Source of the DNA: Sphaeroforma arctica JP610
Lineage: Eukaryota
Assembly (NCBI RefSeq): GCF_001186125.1
Contig: NW_014039825.1
Location: 1-42,532, forward strand
Direction: 5' to 3'
Length of the DNA stretch: 42,532 bases
Position numbers and translations under genes: made by a program. Numbering within the stretch: the stretch's first letter is position 1; each line of letters opens with the position of its first letter. The notes under the pieces are model-generated. The model saw only the letters and a list, made by a program, of their open reading frames with translations. It did no database searches and was not told the DNA's origin. This document shows, in pieces, positions 22,296-34,843 of this stretch.

Positions 22296-25208
22296 TTTTT
22301 AACTATACTTTGGAAAGTTGTTAGTTTATTAATAATTGTAAAATAAGCTATTTTATTTAAGCTACTTGATAGTATTAAATTGAAATGTATTAGTTTTTAT
22401 ACGAACAAAGAACTTTGAATGTAACAGCAGAAGCAAGATGGAGCAGCAAGATGACGAGATCGCTAGAATCTACCGACGGAGGAGGTCGATAGAGGCTCTA
22501 CTAGCAGTGACGCTAGTGCCAGGATACCGTCCTTGCTGTCAAATAGTGACAGCGGCCCGGTAGAAACACAGAAACACAGATATAACAGAACCAGTCAAGA
22601 GGATCTGAAGGAATCAATCGACGCTTTAGGCTAAGTAGAACTAGTATGGCTAGGCAGTTAGAAAGGTTCAGGCTTTCTCAGCAAGTAGATATTATTCCTA
22701 GAAAGCAGCAAACATTATCAAACAAAGACACTACAACTGAACACGAGGAGCTATCGAAAGAATCGGAGGGATCGAAATCAGCAGAACAGGAGCGAAATCA
22801 GAAGGTCCGGAGGGATTAAGACGGCAAAGACAAGGGCTCAGACAACGAACAAGATAAGTAACAACAATAACTAAGAGTAGTTCTAGTAGTGGTCGAAACT
22901 ATACGGTTAGAGATACAAGTAGTAGGGCAGTAGTTAAACCAGAACCCTACTATAGACACGTACAGACTAGAAGAACAAGCTTGGTTAGTTAAGACAATTG
23001 TTGGAGGTAAAATTTCGTTCGAAACAGGTAAATAGAGTCAGAAAAAGTAGATTTTAGAATGTTGAACAGATAAATATTTAAGAGAAGATATAAGATAGTA
23101 GTGCCTACGTTAGGTAGGGCTAAAAGTGATAACATTACAAACATTATAGACCCACGCCAGATCTAGACAAAAGCAAACTATAGCAATGATATCCTTTGTA
23201 GAAAACATGGGGGTAGGAATAAGGATAAACATACCACCTGCACATAGAGGCTTAGAACGAGTAGATTTACAGTAAGCGAGTGGTTTCAGACGAGCTAACA
23301 TTCTATTCCAGTCGTTGCAAGAAACTATAGCTCAACACACTCACAGAGAAGTGGTCTACCGAGAGAAGGGCCATGGACGAGAACCAAGAACAATACTAAG
23401 AAACATCTGCCTTAGGAGACTTCGGGCAACGGGACGTACGAGGGCAATATTAAGTAGAGTCTAGTTGCATAAGAGAGGGATCGGCAGAGCCAGGAAGGCC
23501 TATATGGAGCCATCATGGGTTGCTTACCACAATGGCACATGTTGGAACACGGAAGAATAAATCAGCGACATACGGGGAGCAACACAAGAGCTGAAAAGCC
23601 TTCTCAGGAGCAAAAGGAGTTCACTGAAGAGAGATGTGACTCCACCAGAAGAATGGAGAAGCACACAAGGGGGTAGGGTGAACCCCGACGGGTACTAAAA
23701 CATAAATACATATAACATATGCATTGGCTAAAGACAGGCGCAGGATTCATGGGTGAGTTGATACTGCGGCAAGGGACGAAATAAATTGTCTAAGTAAGAA
23801 TGTCGAGATTTGTTGAGAAGGGCGTCGAACCTCTAGGACGGGGAAGTATTTATACCCGAACTATTTTGAGGATGACTGCATACATTCCAAACCTCCATTA
23901 CATTACATTACATACCTATTATGTCCAACACACGTCAAAGCCGCCGACAGCAACGCCTAACCCCTGAACGTCGAGAGGATGATGATATAGACCAGAGAGA
24001 GACCAAGCGCTACCAACCTTCAACGAATCATCCCCACCATCGATCTGAGACAGGGCGGAGGGATACTCAGGATGACGAGATCCATAACCAGGAAGCAAAC
24101 TTTGATCGACAGATACCTACGGCAACTAGGGGCGAACCTAGCCTTACAACGGAAGACGTAGCACAGAACGACGAGGCCAAGGGATATTCCGACCTGCGCG
24201 CGGACAGGGAACAGTCCATTATTAGTGAACAGGTAGCCAGTAACGTACTGCCTCCTCGTTCGTCTTCGGGTATCTCAGGCGCCTCATCCTCTGTTAATGG
24301 GCAACCACGCCTCCCACCTAACAAGCGGAGACGTTATCGACGTCGCCCCAGCAACAAGGGTACAACGCGGGAGCAGCTGTCAACACAAAAGCTCACCGAG
24401 CTCATGGCTCAACAACAATCGCTGTTGGAGAAGTATGAACAAAGATTGCAACGTACGGCTTCGGAGCGCCCTACGACATTGTTGTCTCCGCACGCCCCAT
24501 CTACTAGTTCACACAGACAAGGGCAGACAACACGAAGCAGGGAGAACAACCCTACGTTCCGAATACTAGGTCGTTCACAACCACATTATGGCCTTGGATA
24601 CGAGTCACCAGAGTCGGAAGGACAACCCTCTGAGGAGGAAGAGACACTGTCATCCAGGGAGGCAGCGCCATCATTCCAGGAGTTGGTACGCGAGCAAGTG
24701 TTGGCCAAACGGAACCCACACGGGCAGGAGGCACTCAAGACTAAACAAGACCAGATGAGTTCGACATATCGCCAACACCAACAACGTCAGCTGTTCGAGA
24801 AGGAATCCGCTAGTGAGTATGTACAGAACCTCGACGTACGGAGACCACATTATGCACACCAACGGCGAGTGGGCAAGAACAATCTTCGAAGCCAGCGGAG
24901 ACAACGATGCCCACACCTCCTTCTACAACGGCGAGTATTGAAAAGAGCCGCCAGGTGTTACACGACGTATACTACACTTGAGCGACGAACTATGCCAAGC
25001 TATAGAGGATGACAACACGGCTCGGGCTGAAGCCCTTAGGGGTGCGATTGAGACACTCCGAGCCACGCTAGAGGCCCGACCGGTGGAGAAACGTCCATTA
25101 CCATCACCACGGACATGGCCGGACTGGCTTTCGAACAGATATCACCTCCATGATATCATGGAACGTGATACGAGAGGGGCTCTACTGGAGGCTTTTAAGA
25201 ATGCGCAG

Positions 25209-25636
25209 ATCGCAGGGTTAGACGAAAGTTCGAACCTCACATGGTGTCACAAGGTGTTATCTTACTTTAAAGCGGAAAAGTCCACATTGGACTACATACG
25301 CGACAACTCTGAACAATTGAAGATGTGGACCCCAGTAGGAGGCGTATTTTTATATGCGTTAATAACGTTGTACGTCGTCAGCCCGAGAGTAATTTGGGAC
25401 TTGTTCTCAAATTAATATAAGTATCGCAGGGTTAAACGAAAGTTGGAGCCTCACATGGTGCCACAAGGTGTTATCTTACTTTAAAGCGGAAAAGTCCACA
25501 TTGGACTACATACGCGACAACTCTGAACAATTGGATATGTGGACCCCAGTAGGAGGCGTATTTTTATATACGTTAATAACGTTGTACGTCGTCAGCCCGA
25601 GAGTAATTTGGGACTTGTTCTCAAATTAATATAAGT
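25209..25636 (+). repeat. 214-bp tandem duplication spanning the gag/solo-LTR junction
   Basis: 25209-25422 is repeated at 25423-25636 with few changes. Confidence 0.93.
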
Positions 25637-25978
25637 ATAGGTGGGTCAGCCTGAGAGAACGTAAGAGTAATTTGAGACTTCTTCTCAGATTATTCTATTT
25701 ATAGGATACGGGCCACCGGCTAGCCGAGAGCCGAGGTCCGAGACTGAGTGTGGTAACAGAGAATATGATATATTTATTTCTAAAAAATATATCCGAGTGC
25801 TAAAGTGTTCTGCATAAGGTTTCTCATACTGATCATATGAGTTTTTACCCTGGCCAACCCAAGTGGTTGAACACTAGTACAAACACCATCAGTATATAAC
25901 TGAGGGTGACATCATAAATAAATTCATTCGAATGCACCATACTTTAGATACACTAGCACTTTACTATTAGTCCCCACA
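25538..25978 (+). mobile_element. Solo LTR (family C2) inserted in the gag of D
   Basis: TGTGGAC...GTCCCCACA termini, 441 bp; shares a ~105-bp core with 18507-18611; TATATAA followed by AATAAA; no TSD visible. Confidence 0.75.
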
Positions 25979-26837
25979 CCGCACGCTCGAGACGCAAGCC
26001 ACTGTGGATCCCGCATTTCGCAAGCTTGCCAAGGGTCACAGTCGTAATATGCACATTCCTATTATGGAACAGATGACACAGCTGATGGAGAACCATAGGA
26101 GGGCACGTGAACGGTGCCAGACGGATACAGATTTTCAGCAGAACCTACTAAACCATTGCATAGTTCAACTGTTAGAGGAGGCTCTCAACTGCCGTACGTA
26201 CGAACGCACTTTACAGTTGCATCCCAAATGGCAGTTGATGAAGACGCATGAGCTTATCCAGTTGTTAAGTCCCGACATCCAGGACACGCAGCAACGCACT
26301 ACGGCACGTACACAAAACCGTAACAATCGCGACGGATCACAGAGGAATGGGGCTCGTGATTATACCAATAGCCGCCCCAACCCGCAGACGACGCGACAGC
26401 AGGCACAAAACTGGGCACAGCGACCACAACCGACAGCACCTACTACATGCGCTGGATGTCAGGCACAAGCTCCACCAGGGGCGCGTCATATTCCACGCTG
26501 TCATCATTTCCGGGTAGTTCCACCAGGAGGTGCGGAGGGCAGGACATGTTCGTATGACAACAACCGGGCATCACGAGACACACAACCAGCCTATAGACCA
26601 CCCGCAACCCGAGCCTCAGGGCAGGGTAAGGTTACTAACCCGAGCAGAGAATTGGCTACCTCTCGCCCGACACCTCAAGTACAGGTGAACGCGATTACGT
26701 CCAAGGACAGTTTCGTACCACCGTCGGCAGCGACAGAGGTACATATCAATACGATACTCACGGAAGACTTCGACCCTACAGCGATGGAAACAGACCAGGA
26801 CCAAGGTGATTGGGAGTCGGTGAACGACCAAGCATGA

Positions 26838-28740
26838 GAGGTGAGGGTGTCTGATTCGGATAGGAGCTTCACATTTGTTAACACTATTAGGGACGTAATG
26901 GCGATACAGGACCCATTGCTGTCGTCTGATAGCCGTGTTTGTATCCAAGTGCAAGTGAACGGACGGATGTTCAAGGCACTAATCGACACGGGAGCAAACA
27001 GAAGCTGTATCTCACAGACATCCGCAGACCTCCTCGGCCGCCCGACAACTCCAGCACCACCTGGGTCATTCATATATTTAGCTGACAAGGCGGTTCGAAC
27101 TCCTCGACTGGGGACGACGGAAGTGGTTCCTATTCGGTATGGGTCCAAGATCATTGACGGGTCACTAGAACTAATGAATTTACCAACGGGGATAGACGTT
27201 ATAGTGGGACAAGACATGTTGAAGGGTTTGGGCCTATACATAAGAGGTATTCAATCTCCACTCGCGCCTATCAACCATACAGAACTCGACGAGCTCCTCG
27301 AACCAATCCCTCGTCGACAGGCGCCGAACACAGCGGAACCTGCCGATGCACGACAACGACTCACGCGGGACTTAGAAACGAACGCAAATATTGCTGACAA
27401 CGCACGTTGTCGCCTGGAAGGGAGTGAGGTTACTATTCCGGTAACCCGCGAACAGGCGATGCATATGCGCAAATCAACGGGTAACTTCGTATCCGACCGG
27501 AGGCTACCATACGTAGACGAGCAAGTACAGAAGTGGTTGTCGGACCTGGTAATAACGAAGCGGACGACACCAACGACGGTTAACCTTTCGCTCCTCACGG
27601 TCCCGATGTTTGATGCAGAGGGGAATGTGAAGAAGGTACGCGTGTGCTTATATATGCGGGCGGTCAACGCCCTGATCCCAGGCGACCAGTTCTTAATTCC
27701 CAAGGTCAACGAACTGATCTCTCGCCTCAAGAGTAATAAGTACTACACCACGCTGGACATATCGGCTGCTTATCATAGGCTACCGATCCATCCTGACTCA
27801 CAATATCTCTTTAGTTTCACTCACGAGCGTTACCAGTACTCGTTTACCTCAGCGCCGTTTGGACTACACGTACTCACACAACAGTTCCAGCGAACCTTGA
27901 GCACGATACTGGATGGCTTACCGGTCCATCACTATATCGACGACATCGTGATCGTGACTATGACGAACATATCGAGACGGTGTGGAAAATGATTCAACGC
28001 TTAACATACCACAGTTTCAAGCTCAACCCTGCCAAATGCCACTTTGCCATTTCGGAAGTGATGATCCTAGGAAAGAAGGTGTCGGCTAAGGGCATAGACA
28101 TCGATCATGGGAAACAGCGAAGCTTATTGACTGGCCTACCCCACTACGGTACAAAGATATAGCTTCTGCCTTAGGGTTGGCGAATTATCTCCATGAGCAT
28201 CTCCCTAACTTTGCGAAAATGGTTGCACCGTTGCGCGAATTTTGCAAGCTCAAACCGAAAGAGTTGATCGGCGACCGATGGGAGGAAAGGCACGCACTAG
28301 CGTGGCAAGCCATGAAGGATGCTGTGGTTAATGCGGTCGTTTTGCACTTTCCGGTCGACGGTATACCCTTGAACTTGGAAACCGACGCGAGCGACTACGG
28401 TTTGGGGGGAGCGCTATTCCAATGGGTCGACGGGAAGAAACACTATTTAATGTTATTTAGCAAAACTCTGAACCACGCCCAACAAAACTATGCCACATCA
28501 ATGAAGGAGTTACTCGCCCTAGTATATGGTCTCACACATTTTTAGGGAGTATTTGGATGGACAACGGTTTGCAGTTTTCACCGACCACAAGGCCCTGGTA
28601 TATATGAACACACAGCTTAAGCTTAACCCGATGCTTCAGAGATGGTACCACATCATCGCGCAGTTCAACTTCACCATATCACACATACCAGGAGAGACGA
28701 ATGTGCTACCGGACATGTTGAGTAGAGTGCATGAGGGAAT
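26838..28740 (+). pseudogene. Protease, RT and RNase H of element D
   Basis: KALIDTGANRS; YTTLDISAAYH; APFGL; HYIDD; LETDASDYGLGG; KELLAL; FTDHKAL; NVLPDMLSR. Confidence 0.95.
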
Positions 28741-28769
28741 AGCGGAGCAGGACGAATCTGAAATACTGT

Positions 28770-29180
28770 ATCCGGATTGTTGGCAGTTATTCCCTAGTTA
28801 CTTTTAACAAGCGCAACAACACTTCGGTCCGAACGACGTAGATGTATTTGCAGATCCACCCAACGCTCAGCTCCCTAGATTCTGGACTAAGGACGAGGGA
28901 GAAGGCGCGTTTGCTCAAGACTGGTCGACAGTTGACGGATGGATGAACCCACCTTGGAAACAGATATATAGGATGTTACGCAAGATACGAGCAGACGGCG
29001 CACGGGCAACGGTATGTTTGCCATGGATACCAAGAGCACCATGGTTTGACCTGTTCAAGCAGTTATTGCAAACAGATCCACTATTGGTCCCACGAACACC
29101 CCATACATTCCTCAAGCATGCCAAGTACGCCTGCGGGAAGACACCTTGGGGACATACGGTAGTAGCACGGGTGAATCGGG
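28770..29180 (+). pseudogene. Dam-like (N6-adenine/amino) DNA methyltransferase domain within Pol of element D
   Basis: DCWQLFPSYF*QAQQHFGPNDVDVFADPPNAQLPRFWT...AFAQDWSTVDGWMNPPWKQIYRMLRKIRADGARATVCLPWIPRAPWF; same frame as the RNase H end apart from one TAA at 28805; NPPW at 28946-28957. Confidence 0.88.
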
Positions 29181-30620
29181 GTTCAAGTTGGACCCCCTGT
29201 TTTCACAGCGACTTGGGTATGCAGAACCAAAGCACATAGAGTATATCATGTGCTTAGATACAGCGCGCGAAATCTCAGTGGCAATTGCGGACGCCGAAAG
29301 TCAACCAGCGTTTGAACGGGCGACTCCGGCAGAGCAACAGCGACGCACACGGCTTACACAAGCGCAACATGAACAGGGACATCATGGGGCAGCGGACACA
29401 GTCCAACAACTCCGTCAGGACGGTCATGTATGGCCTGGGGCACTAGAATTAGCCACAGAGGTAAAGCAGCAGTGTGCCACGTGTTTGGGCCAGGTTACGC
29501 TTCGTAAAGGCTTCCATCCGATGATTAGTATTGACGCACGCTATCCATGGGACCACATCCAAGTGGATTACAACCCAATGCCACTGGAGTCCAGACGCAA
29601 GAACAATTATATACTTCACGTCTTGGACATCGCCACTGGCTACTCCGTCCTCCGAGCCACACCGGAGAAGACGAAGGAGACCACGGCACAGACACTCGTA
29701 GAGATTTTTGGCGAGCATGGTTTTCCACGGCTGATCCATACGGACATGGGGAATGAATTCACCAATAAAATAGTGGAGCGTTTGGTGCAAGAAGTGGGGA
29801 TGTTACATAAGGTGTCGCCACCACATCGACCCCAAGTGTTGGGCGCAGCGGAATGCCGTCATAAGGAAATTACATGTTCCATTAGACAATGCTGCGAGGC
29901 GGTTCCTCTACGTTGGGACGAACGCCTTCCGTTTACGATGCTGTACCAGAACTTCGGATATCCCGCCGCCATAAGAGTGCACCGTTCAGCGTATACTTTT
30001 GCCGCCGTCACGTCCCATTTGCCGATTTCACTGACGAGTTGCCTAACTCCCAGCCAATAACGAATGACACCTGGGCACAACGGTCAGACCAGTTGCTGGA
30101 TACCATCCTGCCGACTCTCCACCACATTACCAAGAAGTATACAGGCAAACTAACGAAGACATTTGATCGCCTGCATGCTCATGACTTGGTACACTTCGAT
30201 GAAGGGGACGTGGTTATGGTACGTTCAGAAGGCCGCACAACTAAGGCCATGCGGCCATTGTTTGGGCCATATGTTGTAAAGGCCAGACACGGGCAACGCT
30301 ATGAGTTAGCGAACAAAGATGGTTCCGTTCCGCCAGAATTCAAGGACAAACCGGTACGGGTGGAACTCCTTCGGTTGGTGCATAGACGCACAGACCCTCC
30401 ACTTAACGATAAATTGTGGACTGAAGGAGGTGTTGAGTTTCGCCACATTATTACATACCGTACAAATGATGAGACAGGGAAATTGGAATACCTGGTGAGA
30501 TGGCGGGAAGGCGAACCAACGTGGGAAACAGCGGAAGCATTTGATGATGCCAACGATATCGTGGCCTACCATAAAGCTTCGCAAACACGGACACGTAAGC
30601 ACCAACGCGCCCAAATCTAA
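29181..30620 (+). pseudogene. Integrase (HHCC, DDE, GPY/F) with C-terminal chromodomain, element D
   Basis: HEQGHHG...CATC; IQVDY; HTDMGNEF; GAAE; LFGPYVV; chromodomain EFRHIITYR...LEYLVRWREGEPTWETAEAF; one frameshift at ~29955. Confidence 0.93.
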
Positions 30621-30685
30621 TGTTAATTATCTGACGACCATTTGGTCGAACGTTACGTTCGAACCGTGATTTTCGAGCCCTCCAG

Positions 30686-30778
30686 CTCTCAGAGGTTAAA
30701 TGCCAGCGCACTGCTCTAGCTCTCAGAGGATAACTGCCAGCACACTGCTCTAGCTCTCGGAGGATAACTGCCAGCACA
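30686..30778 (+). repeat. 34-bp tandem repeat (~2.7 copies) in the 3' UTR of D
   Basis: Unit CTCTCAGAGGATAACTGCCAGCACACTGCTCTAG. Confidence 0.88.
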
Positions 30779-30852
30779 TAAGGTACTTTATAATTTCTTA
30801 TCATCTCTGAAACTGGCACACTGCTTCGGCCAGTGTTTCAGTTTGGGGGGGT

Positions 30853-31102
30853 TGTGGTCAGAATACTATATTACGTAGTTTATTTGATTATTTTAGGTCT
30901 ATTATAAATTTTACAGTTTATAAGAATAATCTGATAAACTGGGTTTTAGGGTTTTGCTGTTTTTACAGCACATGACTGATGACTCATTTTGAGAGTCATT
31001 AATCTTAGGATTACTGTTTACAATTATTATTAAATGAACAACGTCCCCCTCCCTGAGGAGGGAGAACGTTGAGATATAGTTACTCGACGTGTACTTACTA
31101 CA
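30853..31102 (+). repeat. 3' LTR of element D
   Basis: 250 bp, preceded by the polypurine tract GGGGGGG (30845-30851). Confidence 0.96.
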
Positions 31103-32560
31103 TTGTTGGACTGCATGTTTGAGCGCTTTAAACGCGTCATCATACTCTTTAGTCCACAAGTCTCCTAGTTTGCCTTTATGACATCTTAAGTGTCCAAAAG
31201 GTTTAAGGTAGTCGGCTAAGTGTGGTACTCCATCTGAAAAGAAGTTTATAAACCCACACATGCTGTTAACATCTCTTCCTGTAGTTGGTGTTCGCCAATC
31301 TAACAGGTGTTCTACCTTACCGGGGTCGATTTTAATACCTTCCCCAGATATATGGCAGCCTAAGAGCTGTATTTCGCTCATTGCGAAGTGGCATTTCTTC
31401 TCGTTAATTTTGAAGTTTTTTTCATTGAGTCTCTTAAGGACTCGTCTGACTAATGCGACATGTTCGCCTGTAGTCTTAGAAAATATGACTATGTCATCTA
31501 TATAGACTTGCACGTTAGGCATGTCTGCAAACATTTCTTCCATTACCTGTTGGAAGAATGCTGGTAAAGAGTGTAACCCGAAAGGTGCACCTCTGAACCA
31601 GTATTGTTTGCCTTTCCACGTAAAGCTAGAGTATTTACGGTGGGGTTCATATATCTGCATTTGATGGTATCCTTGTGTAAGGTCTATAGTTCTAAACACT
31701 GTGGCACCTTCCATCCTTCGCAGTAGCTCGTTAATACGAGGTAAGTGAAAGCTGTGAGTCGGCAATACTATATTTATTGGACTCATATCTAAACATACTC
31801 TGACTTTCTTAAACGATCCGTCAGAGTTATGTTGGTCTACGGCTAGCAGTGCCAAGTTAACTGGCGTTTGTTGATAGTTATTTTCTATCACACCATCGGC
31901 TAGCCATTTCTTAACTTGTTCATTTACAACAGCCTCTTGTCTCCAGGATACATAGTTCCTTGAGGGACACTTTAACTGTGTAAAGTCTACTTTGGTTAAG
32001 TCAAGGCTGACATATCCGTCGTTAAAGCGGAATTTTGCCCAATCTGTGATCTTTATTTTCTTATTAACAAGAATCAGATCCATGATTTTGTCCGCAAAGT
32101 CAGGTATTAATGCCTTGACTGTGTCTGACGGGGGCTTATATGTATTCAGACAGTTATCGTTTAATTGATCCTTTAGTGGATCTATGTTAGTTGGTAGACC
32201 AGTTACGGTTATGCCTAGAGTGAGTAAATCACAAATTCCGACTATAATGTCGTACTTCTGTGACATCTTAACTATCACAGCTTAAGTAGTGATACTCCTG
32301 TCATCGGCCAGGGAGATTTTAACATTTGTGGCCATGGTATCACACTTAGCAGTTTTATCATCAGCTAAAATGAGGTGAGTTGTTTGTGTTCTCCTTTCGA
32401 TATTTTTCATTAATGCAAAGCGATCGGATATACATGAAATTTCTGAACCAGGATCAATCAACGCAAGGATTTTATTTCCATTGCAATATACAGGAATGAT
32501 TACACGCTCATCTAAAGAGTCGTTGTATCGTCTGTGTAACGATTGTACCTGGTAGTACCG
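31103..32560 (-). pseudogene. Protease and RT of B copy 3
   Basis: ILALIDPGSEIS; KKVRVCLDM; IDLTQGYHQM; APFGL; VYIDD; KCHFAMSEIQLLG. Confidence 0.95.
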
Positions 32561-34711
32561 TCACTCCAACTTAATGTTGGGTTTTCGGTCACAAGACTTG
32601 GTGTGATAGCCATTGGTCTTCTCACACTTGTCACACTTAGTAAGAAAGTGTGTACAGGTGGATGCATGTCTACCATTCCAATAACCGTTAGGGGTTAACT
32701 GGTACATGTCATATCCATTTTGGGCGTCGGCACATTTCTTAATCTCCTTAAATGGAGGTTCCATGTCCTTCGCTCCTGCTCGTGCCCGTTTATTGGGTCG
32801 CGTGGATAAAGTGGATTCGCGAGCACGTGTTTGTTGGGGTCTCTCGTTTGAGGTCTGCCTGGATACGAACCCGTGATCGGTGAGCTCCCGTGGCTTCTAA
32901 ACAGCCGCTTTCCCCTTCGATGTTACTCGATGTGCAGGAAGAAGAGTGGATACAGTATCATAAAACTGTTCCCATGTAAGTCGGGATAGATGAAACTTTG
33001 TTTCATGTCTCTTGTCTCGAGCCTCAGTTGCGTGTTTACGTCGCAACTCGGTGTACAGACTCTCACGGTCGTCATTCCCTATGTTCTTACCGAACACGTG
33101 CATAACCAGGAATTTGTACCATCGCTGCGCCTTGTTCTTTTTTATATCTGGACGTTTCAGGTCAGCATCTAGCTTCAGAATATAACTCTGAATGGGCGTG
33201 TTCTCAGCTGGTTCATTTAAAATTGAACTCAGCCCAGGGCTACGCATATCCTTACTTAACAAGGATGTGACCAACCAACAAACTGCTGGCCAGTAGCGAC
33301 AAGCGTCTAGCTCATGCTGGTGTCGCTTCAGGATCAGATAACTGGTACCTGTAGGGTCAAATGTCTGCATTGAGGCAGAGATCCATTGCTGGGGAGCGAT
33401 ATCATTCGTCTACAGCATGACCGTAAACGCATTAAGTGTACGAGTTAGCGTGTCGAGGTCATGGTTGTTTATAAACTCGACCTGCTTGCTGTTGGCATCC
33501 CAGTTCGACTTAAGTCGACTGATCTGTCCCTTGTACTTCTGGTTGTCCTTGTGGTCTTGTCCACGTTGGGCCTGAAGTAATTGGTCTATGTGCTTTTGCT
33601 TAATCGCAATAATATTTGCATAGTATGCTACGTCACCAGCATGATGCGCAGCATGGGTGACTTCCATTTTATTGGTATAGTCGTCGACCGATTTATTAAG
33701 GTCAGTCACCTCGTCAAAGTGGAAATCCTCTGCGGGTTGGTGTAAAGCTGTGCGGTCGAAGCGATTAAACTCGACATCGTTCACACGTCCACGGGGATGA
33801 TTAATATCCTTTGGTGTCGGAATAACATACCCAGTCTTAACTGGTTTCCGACGACTATCCTCCCAATTCGGTACAAGTGGCGGAGTATATCTCCTTATCT
33901 CTCGGTCTACAATACCTTTGAGGACAGGAGACTCACGGCCGGGTGTCAGAACAGGCGAATGATTAGCCTGTTCTTCTGGCAGTAATGCCTCGTACGGTAT
34001 ATCGACGCTGTGCACCTCTGGATCATATGACTCATGTGTCGAGCTTGAGTCTTTGGGCGTAATTGCCTGTCGACGTTCTGTCCACTTCTGTAGTGCTTCA
34101 GTAATGCACGGGGAAACATGCTCGCGTAAGCGCTGTGTATGTTTTCCTGATCTATCTAGTTGATCTACATGTTCGACAGTCAAGTCTTTCATAATAGTAG
34201 TTAACTGATTCTTAAGATCAGCGTATTTAGTAATTAACTTACTTATGTGCTTCGGCTTAGAAATCTCGGACGTAGATTCGGGTTTGCTACTTGAGGTTGC
34301 CTCCTCTTCTGGTTCCATAATAGGTTCCTTCTGAGATTTGTCCTTGTCCCCTATAATTGGGGACGCCCTCATAATTGGGGTCTTTCCTTTCTGATTTTCG
34401 TCAGAAGAATGGGTTTGGGCGTCTTGAGACGTATCCCTTGTCTCACTTTTTGGCTTCGTTAATGCAAACTTTGAAGTTGAGGCAATAGTTGGCCCTCGGG
34501 CTCTATCAATGGGAGTAGTCTCCTTAAGCGGAGCGGCTACATCCTTATCTGAAGCATTGTCCTTTTGACTATTATTGTCAGAGGCAAGTACTTCGGCTAC
34601 AGTGCGGTTAAACGCATCAGCAGTAGCTGCGGCAGCGCTAACGACTTCTCTCTCCATCTTCTTCCTTTCAGCTCTACGCTTCTTAGAAGGAGGGTTGTCT
34701 TTCTTGGTCAT
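32561..34711 (-). pseudogene. Gag of B copy 3
   Basis: ORFs 33410-34711, 32897-33370 and 32561-32764; knuckle CDKC-x6-H-x3-C. Confidence 0.85.
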
Positions 34712-34843
34712 AAAATTAACTTATGACTACTAGCTTGTCTCTTAACGACTAGCTTAGACAAGAGAAAATAAAAGTTGTGTTAGTTAACTTACCTTTACGC
34801 TTAAGTTGTCTAAGTAATTAATACTTTTGCTAACTTTAAAATG

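Larger units (their letters stand above)
23921..26837 (+). pseudogene. Gag of element D (frameshifted, interrupted by a solo LTR)
   Basis: ORFs 23921-25012, 24978-25415 and 26004-26837; knuckle CAGC-x9-H-x3-C; directly upstream of the protease. Confidence 0.8.
22045..31102 (+). mobile_element. Full-length Ty3/Gypsy element with chromodomain (family D): LTR-gag-PR-RT-RH-MTase-INT-chromo-PPT-LTR
   Basis: Paired TG...CA LTRs, TSD TTGT (22041-22044 and 31103-31106), G-tract just before the 3' LTR; Pol carries frameshifts and stops. Confidence 0.95.

Noticed and set aside
21560..28810. RIP-like or methylation-driven C-to-T decay, suggested by several CAA/CAG-to-stop changes
   Set aside because: Too few cases to quantify by eye, and the LTR-D differences are mostly transversions; needs a consensus-based mutation spectrum
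20015..31102. Classifying the MTase-bearing elements as DIRS
   Set aside because: No tyrosine recombinase; DDE integrases are present, and element D also has direct LTRs, a PPT and a TSD
30911..31102. C-terminal extension of the 455-aa RT ORF
   Set aside because: It is read-through into the antisense 3' LTR of inserted element D
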